64,000 nucleotides of DNA from positions 36,580,001-36,644,000 of the forward strand of contig CM059428.1 in NCBI GenBank assembly GCA_030390025.1, written 5' to 3'. A program made the translations under genes and the position numbers. The stretch's first letter is position 1; each line of letters begins with the position of its first letter. Shown one piece after another: positions 11,394 to 21,366 of this stretch. The notes under the pieces were generated by a model. It was not told the DNA's origin. It made no database searches and worked only from the letters and a program-made list of their open reading frames with translations. Source of the DNA: Squalus acanthias. Taxonomy: Eukaryota.

Positions 11394-12479
11394 CCGAACA
11401 GACACTTACCCTTTCGCTGCAAAGCACTCTGGAACTTTTAATGCTAATTTGCACCATGGTACATTTATCCATGTCTTCAGATATGTTAAGCAGGTTAGCA
11501 AATGAATGTAAAATCTATTTGAAAATAAAGTCATGGAAAACAATAAAATTAGGATTTAGCGAATTTGAGTTGTAACCCAATAGCCTTCACAGCTTCTTGG
11601 CATTCCGAACTTAGCTGCCTCAAACCTTCGAATACCCATCAGCACCCAGCGCCCTCCTGGAATTCCTGAGTGGTTTTAGCAGCAGCGAGTTAGTAATTTA
11701 ACACCCACTCTCATCGCTCTGTGAGCATGGCGGCGTGGATCTTTAAGCACTCACATGCTCAGCCTATGCAGGCAGCTCTTTGCTTTAATTAGAACGTGTT
11801 CCCAAAAGAAACGAGAGAAAGTTAAAACACCCACAGTGCCCGTCTGGCTCTCGTATAAAAGGCAGGATGCTGAGTGTGGGAAAGCAGTCGTTTACCAGAT
11901 CAGTCAGCCTCCACCTTTGATCTTCTCCCTCCAGACTTGGTTTCAAGCATCTAAATTTCATGCGACATAAATGCTTGGATAACACTTTATTATAGATCTC
12001 CTGACTGCACTATAATTTATAGCATGTCTCACTATTCATTATAAACTTAAACGCTGTGGGATTTTGAGACCAGGCTTTAAATACTGTTAACATTTTTTGA
12101 CTTGTTTAACTGTAGACTAAAACAATAGACACACACAGTCAATAATCCAACAAATAATCTCTCCCCAAGTACACTGCAAGCATGTTGTTTTGTAACTGTG
12201 CCCCATCCTGTTAGTTGTCTGCTATGTTTGAGTATTTTAGGCGTGCGTTTAGCTTCCTTCCTGCCTCGTGCTGCATACCTGCTGACCCACAGAACTATCA
12301 AAATAAGCAAAACAAAATAACCCTCATAAAAGCTGGGAACTCAAATAACAATCAACCCCAAATATAGGCCCATGGTATGTAGTTACAATGAGAGTGTAGT
12401 GGGACACAGGCCCATCATAACTTAAGCTGCAGGTATACCCAGTGTCCTATCACTTGCACCGTGGTATAATGTGGCAAAA

Positions 12480-12616
12480 GTTGCGGTCCCTTTAACTGGC
12501 TGTGTGGCCCATTCAATTGTTCGCGCATGCGCGGTTTCTCCCGTATAAAAGCTGGTGAATAGCCTGTGCGGGACCTCCAGACCGCTGCCCGGCCACGCAG
12601 CGTAGTGGGAACGTTG
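12480..12616. mobile_element. hAT-type MITE family B (TIR CAATGTTCCC), one end missing
   Basis: Aligns with 19875-20031; ends GGGAACGTTG directly against GTTGTAGG of an L2 fragment. Confidence 0.75.
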
Positions 12617-12830
12617 GTTGTAGGGCTGGAGGAGGTTACAGAGATAGGGAGGAGGGAGGCCATCGAGAGATTTGAAAACGAGGATGATCATTTTAAAATC
12701 GAGGCGTTGCCGGACCGGCAGCCAATGTAGGTTAGCAAGCACAGGGATAATGGGTGAATGGGACTTGGTGAGAGTTAGGATATGGGCAGCAGAATTTTGG
12801 ATGAGTTCAAGTTTACGTAGGGTGCAAAGT
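12617..12830 (-). mobile_element. L2 LINE 3' fragment
   Basis: Encodes LRKLELIQNSAAHILT...LHWLPVRQRLDFK...PPYLCNLLQPY, as in 44209-44664. Confidence 0.85.
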
Positions 12831-13117
12831 GGTATAAAAGCACCCATAAAAGTATAAAAGCAGCACATAAGTACCATCTTCTCCATTCAATTTCAAATGA
12901 CAGAACAAGCGGTGCTGGCCCCATTCACATCAGAGATCACGGCTGGCACTTACTGACCAGTAGTCATAAACTTGCCGTTTGCATGGTTCAGTCCCATAGG
13001 AGGAGGTGAGGGAAGTAGGTTAATATTGTATTAAAGAAGGGATCAACATGCGTTGTGGAAGGGAAGTCCTTGATATAATAATTATACATAAAGAAAGACT
13101 TGCATTTATATAGCGCC

Positions 13118-13837
13118 TTGAGTCCACAGAGTTGCCAGTGGAAGCAGAGCCCCATATAGACACTGGAATCAGAATTGACCCTGTGGATGCCTTTACAAAG
13201 TCCTGTCGCACAGATGTTGTGTAAGTGTAGGCTTTTGTGCGGGTTACAAACTGCTATCTTCCTGCTGCCAGATATGAGAGAGGGCTTGATGGGCTGACTG
13301 GCCTAATTTTCATCTGGGTTTTCTCATATTCTTATATAACTCCTTTCCCTAACTTCACGAGGCAGTGTCCTCCTCCAACCCTAACCTACCAGGTCAGAGC
13401 CATTTTCCCACTCCAATTCCTTCTCCCCTTCACATGCTGTATCCATGGTGACACACAGACAGGCATCTTTTGCCTAATAAAAGTCATTGTGATTTTATGA
13501 ATTCATGATTATTGCATCAATTAGTATAAGAACAAATGGATTTGCATTTACATAGCACCTTTCACATCCTCAGGATATCCCAGAGTGCTTTACAACCAAT
13601 GGACTATTTCTGAAGTGCTGTTGTTAAGCAGGCAAATTGTGAAGGGTACTCTGCAACTGACATACACAACTCTGCTCTCATATCTGGCAGCAGGAAGATA
13701 GCAGTTTGTAACCTGCACAAAAGCCTACACTTACACAACATCTGTGTGACAGGACTTTGTAAAGGCATCCACAGGGTCTGTTCTGATTCCAGTGTCGATA
13801 TGGGGCTCTCCTTCCACTGGCAACTCTGTGGACTCAA
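13118..13837. repeat. Inverted duplication of ~163 bp (13118-13280 vs 13675-13837)
   Basis: Arms are reverse complements with only a few mismatches; ~395-bp spacer. Confidence 0.92.
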
Positions 13838-13967
13838 TGTCGTTTTTGGTGTAAAGCTCCAAGTGGAAGCAGGCTGTCTGGTTGAAATGGGAATGTCCAG
13901 TTTTAAAGTTGCAGGCCCTGAATTTCCACACGAGTTCTCCTGATCTTCTACAGTAACTTTGGCAGGG

Positions 13968-15263
13968 ATAGAAACATAGAAACATAGAAAAATAGGAGCA
14001 GGAGTAGGCCATTCGGCCCTTCGAGCCTGCTCCGCCATTCAATATGATCATGGCTGATCCTCTATCTCAATACCATATTCCTGCTCTCTCCCCATACCCC
14101 TTGATGCTTTTTATGTCTAGAAATCTATCTATCTCCTTCTTAAATATATTGGCCTAGAAATTCGGGTGGCCGGCTTGCTGCGGGGGTAAGGATCGCGCGC
14201 GCTCTTACCTACCGCGCCTGCCGTTGTGTTTCGGGCCCACAGGAACTTCGGGTCCTGGGCCTCTCCCTTGTGCCGGCGCGCAGTGCTTGTGTGTCCCAGG
14301 GGCGCAGTTAGTGCGATGCGACCTCTGGGATCACGTGTGCCATGGAGAGCCAATGGCAGCAGACCATCTTTCATTCATAGATTTGATAGGAGACCTGTCA
14401 AATCTGTGAATTGAAATCGGCCCCAAAAGAACAGATAAACCTCAAATAAATTTTTTAAAAAGCCATCACATTAATAAAATAACTATAGTTAAATAAATTA
14501 ACCACTTTAAACAAAAATTTAAATTTTTGAAAAAATTTAAATTCTTTTTAAAAGTTATAAAAATAAACTTACCTTTCTTTAAAGTCTCTAAAAAAGATAA
14601 ACCTGTTGAAAAAAATTTAAAATTATACTTAATTAACTACTTACCTTGTTCAAAAGGGGTCTTACGCCTCCTTTTTACTTGTGTAGAATCTTCCATACTT
14701 ACCCTCGCGTTGAAACCTGAAAAAAAACCTAAGTGCGCTGCGTGTGCACAGCCTGTAGTGTGCACGCGGTTCACCTAGGAACCGCCCCCTTCGCCATACC
14801 GGAAGTGCCGGTTTCCCGCGCATGCGCAGTGCATGCAGGAAACCGGCACTTCGGGAACGAATACGGGTGAGTACGCAGCGGGTACTCACCCGAGAACGGC
14901 CGAATTTTTGGGCCATTCAGTGACTTGGCCTCCACAGCCTTCTGTGGTAGAGAATTCCACAGGTTCACCACCCTCTGAGTGAAGAAATTTCTCCTCATCT
15001 CAGTCCTAAATGTCCTACCCCGTATCCTGAGACTGTGACCCCTCGTTCTAGACCCCCCCCCAGCCAGGGGAAGCATCCTCCCTGTATCCAGTCTGTCTAG
15101 CCCTGTCAGAACTTTGTACATTTCAATGAGATCCCCTCTCATTTTTCTAAACTCTAGTGAATACAGGCCTCGTCGACCCAATCTCTCCTCATACGACAGT
15201 CCTGCCATCCCAGGAATCAGTCTGGTGAACCTTCGCTGCACTCCCTCTATGGCAAGTGTATCC
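13968..15263 (-). mobile_element. CR1 LINE 3' fragment interrupted by a Harbinger MITE
   Basis: QRRFTRLIPGMAGLSYEERL...RNFFTQRVVNLWNSLP; (CATAGAAA)n tail; near-identical to 38340-38800. Confidence 0.92.
14151..14914. mobile_element. PIF/Harbinger MITE
   Basis: TIR GGCCTAGAAATTCGG / CCGAATTTTTGGGCC; ATT TSD; removing it restores CR1 CTTAAATATATTCAGTGACT. Confidence 0.9.
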
Positions 15264-16357
15264 TCGGGAGAGCCCCTTGGAAAAACAGCGTAAACAGCGG
15301 TAGATTGGGATCATCGTCATAGAAATTCAAGACCTAAACCAATTGGAATCCCAGCAATACTCCAGCCGCACAGCATTGAGTGTCGCTCATTCCAGACCTG
15401 TCAACTCTTTCCAAGTGTCACTGCTTTTGTGTGAAAATGTAACCCCTTTCTTAGAGTCACACTGCAATCAATTAAGCCCAGCTCTATTCATTTCAAATTT
15501 GCCATATCTGTCTATTTTCCACACACAGACACACAAAAAATGAATCTCAGCACTTACAAGAGTCTAATCTTGGTGATGCTGCAGGTATATGACCCAGGTC
15601 CTGGTTCAGTGCAGGGAGAGGCAGTATAAACTCGCGGGAGATGGAATTCAGTTTGGATCACATTGGAAACCCAGTGCGGGCGAGGGATTTGAAAGTCTGG
15701 CAGCATCTTAACCCTTAGCCCTCACTGGCTCTCTTTCTCTCTCTCCTGTGAAAATGACAGATGTTTAGTCCATATGTTTGGTTGTGAGGGCAAAGGGTTA
15801 AAATAATTGGCTTGAATTTCGGCGGAGACTGCGGATCATACACAGAACGTGATGTTCAAAAGCAGACAAATATTTATGTGGAGCCGAGTTTGCTTCAGGG
15901 GTCTTATCGGTAACATCATAAAATAGATTACGCGACATGAATAAAAAAAATTTAAACAATAATTCCCATAGATAATAACATTAACATGATGCAATGGAAT
16001 TATTTTAAATGTCTCCCATCCACCCAGTATAGAATATGTCCCCAGTGACTGAAGGAGCCAGAAACCCTTTAACACTCAGGGAATAAAAGTTAATGTGAAT
16101 AAATATGAAATTCAAATATATTAATGCAGCAAAACTAGAATATTAATTTAGAACCTAGCACAGAAAAGGAATAAATTGTTGCCAATATAATTCACTTATT
16201 TTAAATATATGTAAAAAAGAAGCAAATTAATGTCATGTGCTGCTAGGAAATTCTTCGAGTAAAATGATTAAAAAAGACAAGCAGTATTAAGTAACATAAA
16301 TTGTTCATGTAAAGCTTTTCAAAATCAATGTTCTAACAATTGGAAGTTTCACAGAAT

Positions 16358-16760
16358 TGGCATTTATATAGCACCTTTCACGACCTGAAATGCTTTTGAA
16401 GTGTAGTCACTTCTGTAATGTAGGGAGACGTGGCAGCCAATGTGAGCGCAGCTAGATCCCACATACAGCAATGATAAGTGACCAAATAATCTGTTTTTTA
16501 GTGGTGTTGGCTGAGGAATAAATATTGGCCAGGATACTGTGGAGAACTCCCCTGCTTTTCTTCGAAAATAGTGCCGTGGGATCTTTTATGTCCACCTGAG
16601 AGGGCAGACGGGGCCTCGGTTTAACATCTCATCTGAAAGACGGCACCTCCAACAGTGCAGCACTCCCTCAGTACTGCACTGAAGTGCCAGCCTGGATTTT
16701 GTGCACAAGTCTCTGGAGTCGGACTTGAACCCACAACGTCTGATTCAGAGGCGAGTATGC
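16358..16760 (-). mobile_element. Deu-domain SINE
   Basis: Reverse complement of the 4855 family. Confidence 0.8.
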
Positions 16761-17959
16761 TAAAATAAGAGAGACGTCAGTCTCCCACCTTGAGGAGAGG
16801 CCCATCCAAGAGCCTGGCTGATTAAATAAAAACATGCTTGCAAAGCCATTATTTGTCCAGCCGCACTTCAGAAAATCTACTTGTCTGAGGGCTCCCACAG
16901 AAACCTTTATACCAGAGCAGAAGCACAATAATAGTAAAGGATTAACTTCCCTTGCAACACTAACCCGTCGAGAAAGGGAAATGAATCAGACAACTCCGAA
17001 TAATGGAGGTAGTTAAAATGCCTGGCATTAGATACTTTCAAGCTGAAAAAAATACTTAGAAAAGTAGCCAAAATAGATCAAGTCTAACAAAACAATTAAT
17101 TGACATAATAACGATAGAACAAATTAGGCGCGATTTGACTATATAAAATATTTGTTTTATTCCTTAAGCAACGTGGCTTTTGTACTTAAATTTTAAAACA
17201 ATAAATTGTTTAATTTATGAGTTAAAATTTATTGACCACAGCTCAGGAACAAAACACGTCCTAGGCGCAACCCAGTGAGGTCATCCTAACCAGAATATAT
17301 TGCAGGAAGAGAAAGGAATCCTCTGGAGGTGCAAAGAAAAGTGCAGTGTTACAGGACAGATTTCTCCAAAAAAACACAGCTGCACAAGATTCCGAAGATT
17401 TGGCAGAGCTTTGTTTATGAGTCAATGACAGAGATTTTATCACCTTCAAACAGCGCTGGTTTCTCATGTAAGTTTTTCAATTTGTGATTGAAATATTACC
17501 GTGAGATTATTCCTCTTCGCTATGTGCTGAAGCTCCACCAAAAAGGAAGACCTAGGTTTAAGCAAAGCAATGATCTTGGACCTTCAGATTGAAACCTCTA
17601 TCATTTTATGAATCCAAAGTCCAAAGAAAAGCTGGTAACACAAATGTGGATAGCATCTCCAGACTGTTGGGGATTAGTAGCCTTCAACGCTACTGTTAGA
17701 TAACCAAGGAACACACTGAACCACCAGTTGTGTCCCACCCATTATGATGTTACCAGAGAACTGTACAACATCCTCCACCACCAGGTACATGAACCTACTG
17801 CAACTGGATCAACTGGGAAACCACTAGGGTTGATAATAAAACCACCAGAGAATACAGATACACCTTCCCCATACCTATGAATTCATTGAGATGGGTCTCT
17901 GTTTTTTTCAATAGGGATCTCAAACCACATTCCCCACTTCTACACAACCACATTTTCTT

Positions 17960-18248
17960 ATTAATTCATTCTCAGGATGTGGGCATCACTGGTGAAGCCG
18001 ACATTTATTGCCCATCCCTAGTTACCCTGAGAAGATAGCAGTGGGCCTTCTCCTTGAACCATTTTTACAAATTACTGGCTCAATAGGCCACTTCAAAGAG
18101 CAGTTAAGAGTCAACTACTGTTGGTTTGGGACTGAAGTTACATATATAACTGAATTCAAATTCTCAATCTGCCATGGTTGGATTTGAACTCACTTTCTCT
18201 GGTATTAGTCCAAACCTCTAGGTTACTAGTCCAGTAACATAACCAGGG
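17960..18248 (-). mobile_element. tRNA-like SINE sharing its 3' tail (GGGCAATAAATG) with the LINE at 59977
   Basis: Homologous to 41175-41585; tail matches the LINE 3' ends at 29540-29670 and 59977-60090. Confidence 0.65.
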
Positions 18249-18519
18249 CACCCCTCACCCACAGGACAGTACTGCAGCATCTCCTGAGAAGGAAGACTGG
18301 ATGGAGCAGCTGACTGTTAAAACCACTTCTGGTGCCAGCTCTATGGTTCATGTAAGCTGCCGGTGCCCTTGCAGAAGACAGCACAGCTGTTCATCTGGCT
18401 GGCTGCTGGCTCAGAGCTGGTGCTACCAATTCCATGCAGAGTCAAAGGAAGGTATCCATAGGTGGGCCTCTGTTGTAACCTGGCCTGCCTTCAATACTCT
18501 TCCCTGGTGTTCTGACTAC

Positions 18520-18925
18520 TGTCAGCTGCGGCTCAGTTAGTAGCACTCTTGTCTCTAAGTCAGAAGGATGTGGGTTCAAAGTCCCACTCCAGGGACTTCA
18601 GCACAAAAATCTAGGCTGACAGTCCAATGCAATGCTGAGGGAATGCTGCACTGCCAGCAGTGCCAGACGTTAAACTGAGGCCCCATCTGCTCTCTCAGGT
18701 GGTTGTAAAAGATCCCATGGCAACATTTTGAAGAGGAGCAGGGGAGTTATCCCCGGTGTCCTGGCCAATATTTATCCCTCAACCAACACCACTAAAAAAC
18801 AGATACTTTGGCTGCCGCATTACCTACATTACAACAGTGACTACACTTCAAAAGTATTTAATTGGCTGTAAAGCACTTTGGGACGTCCTTGGGTCATGAA
18901 AGGCACTCTATAAATGAAAGGTTTT
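18520..18925 (+). mobile_element. Deu-domain SINE
   Basis: Same family as 4855. Confidence 0.8.
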
Positions 18926-19713
18926 TTTTCTACAAAAATATACATGGGGGAATTCCTACTGGGAAACCCACTGTCCCAATATCATAGACATATCAAACAG
19001 TGGCTGTGTCAAAACAATTGGCGTACAGCCTCCTGACCAACTAAGTGGAAACAGGAAAGGGGGAAAAAAAGCAGGAGAAAGATTCAAAATGCTGACGGAA
19101 ATCGTACTTCCGTAAACAGCAAACTCAGCAACCTTGACAGCCATTTTAAATGGACAGTTGGATGATTGACCACTATACTGGTATAAATGCTGGGAAAATG
19201 CACTGACATCTAACTTAGGTCATTGGGCCTAATTTAATATAATTAACCAGCAGTAACTTCAACACAAACTCAACTGGAGAACTCGATGGGGTACTAAATG
19301 GTCATAATTCTGGCGTAACAAATCACTGCCCTTTCTTCGATTGGTAATTTTGTCTTTACACTTGTTACTGATCTGAAGTGTATCTTACTGTATCAATGTA
19401 TGCTCCAGCAAAGGCAGTGTAAGCACAAAGCCAGCAACACGCAAAGCGATGAAAAATTCTGAAATTAAAAAGGAATGCCCAAATTCAATTTTTCAAATAG
19501 TCAAACTCTGAACCCCAATATAATTCGGGTGCTCATCATTACTGTACTGACATTAAATTGACAAAACAGCCACTTAGTAAAGGATGCTTTGGCTCAATAA
19601 TTCAAGTTATCCTGGTCCCCAAACGACACGATTTTAAAATTTTCATCCCCATGTTCAAATCCCTCCTTGGCCTTGCCCCATCCTATCTCTGTAACCTCCT
19701 CCAGCCCTACAAC

Positions 19714-19866
19714 TAATGTTCCTGTTAAGCTGCGTGGCCGCCCAGCGGTCTGGAGGTCCCACACTGGCCACTCAACGGCTTTTAAATGGAAAAAACGCAC
19801 ACGTGCGGAAATTGAATGGCCCGTTAAAGGGGTCGCGCAGCCCAAAGAAAATTAGCGGGAACATTG
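19714..19866 (+). mobile_element. hAT-type MITE family B, copy 1 of an inverted pair
   Basis: TAATGTTCC ... GGGAACATTG, flanked by CCTACAAC on both sides. Confidence 0.88.
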
Positions 19867-19874
19867 CCTACAAC

Positions 19875-20031
19875 CAATTTTCCCTCTAATGTTTTTGAGT
19901 GTGCGGCCTCTTTAATGGGTTGCAGGGCCCAGTCAAATTTCTGCGCATGCACGGTTTTTCCTATTGTAAAGCCGGCAAGCAGCCTGCGTGGGACCTCCAG
20001 ACAGCTGCAGCGCAGCTTAACATGAACATTG
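19875..20031 (-). mobile_element. hAT-type MITE family B, copy 2 of an inverted pair
   Basis: CAATTTTCCC ... TGAACATTG, flanked by CCTACAAC on both sides; diverged reverse complement of copy 1. Confidence 0.88.
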
Positions 20032-20325
20032 CCTACAACCCTTCGAGAACTCTGCGTTCCTCCAATTCTGACCTCTTGTGCATCTCCCACTTCCTTCGTC
20101 CCACCCTTGGTGCCCGTGACTTCAGCTGTCCAGGCCCTAAGCTCGTGAATTCCGTCCCTAAACCTCTCCACCTCTCTCTCCTCCTTTAAGACCCAACTTA
20201 AAGCCGACCTTACCTGTCCTAATGTCTCCTTTGGCTCAGTGTCAATTTATTTGTCTGATCACGCTCCTGTGAAGCATGAGCGGCACATTGTAAAGGGAAG
20301 GCAATAGTTGCTGCTCACCAGCATC

Positions 20326-20658
20326 TAGGGTTGCCAACCTGCCAGGATTGCTCTGGAGTCTCCAGGGGAAAAATCATAGGGAAAATAAAAAAAACAATTT
20401 CAAAACATTTTTCTTTGAACACTTTTGTTTATTAGATATAACAATATAGGACGAATAGGCTGTTGACTGACAGTGAAGAATCATCCAATTAGATAACGAA
20501 GAGTCTGTTCACTGTCTGATTCGTGTAAGAATGCGGAGCACCATGAGTTTGGACATGTCAGGCGACCAATGGCGGGAGTGTGGGGGCGGGGCAGTTGGCA
20601 ACAGGAGGTCATGTGATGTAACCTGAAGGAATACGTCCAACCAGAGTTGGCAACCCTA
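20326..20658 (+). mobile_element. hAT-type MITE family A, uninterrupted
   Basis: Perfect TIR TAGGGTTGCCAAC / GTTGGCAACCCTA; flanks CCAGCATC / CCGGCTTC (6/8). Confidence 0.88.
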
Positions 20659-21366
20659 CCGGCTTCCTGAAACTATATCAAAGCGCAAAACAATGGGGGA
20701 GTATTTCCTATCTCACATCCTTTCCACCTGCTGGCTTGGTTGTCATTGCTTCACAGCCATTGACTGTGCCTTTCTGTGCTGACAGATTCCTATTAGCCAT
20801 TGTATTCTTGTGCTCCAACTCGTACGTCCTGTGGCCATTAACAGGAACTTAAGGCGGCTTCAACGATTCAGTCAAAGGCAATCAATCTCTGGATATCACT
20901 CTTGCACATCAAGTAAAACCTGCAGAACGCAGGAAGCGAATCAGACTGCTGGATTCAAGTTCCACACACAGTTTACTAGGTCAGCATGTTTCTGGACGTC
21001 AGCCAGCCAATAAAGTGTCCGGATGTGCCTGCCTCTGATGGACTGCAGCTGAACACAGCACCATGTACCTAACAGCTGTTGCCTACCTGCTCAGTGCGCC
21101 TTGCCCTGTGCTCTACAATAACAAAAAAATGATGGAATGCAGACATCGTTGAGGAGAATAGTATAGACTTGGCAGAAGGCAGACAATGCAGGAACAATAT
21201 GATGCTGCACATCTGAAATAAAAGCAGAAATGCTGGAAAGGCACAGCAGGTCCAACAGCTTCCAGGGTTGCCAACTCGCCAGATTGTCTGGGAATTAAGG
21301 TTAATCGACAGTACACTGCTGCGAGCAACCCAGGAGAAAAATCATAAGAGCGTTAAAAAAAACTAT

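Larger units (their letters stand above)
19625..20280 (+). mobile_element. L2 LINE 3' fragment carrying a double MITE insertion
   Basis: Collinear with 44370-44680 once 19714-20039 is removed. Confidence 0.85.

Noticed and set aside
17306-17467. 162-nt open frame between CAG and GTAAGT
   Set aside because: Poor polypyrimidine tract, unrecognised peptide, no neighbouring exons; compatible with chance.
18946-19530. Possible further Harbinger MITE starting GGGGGAATT
   Set aside because: No convincing second TIR or TSD.
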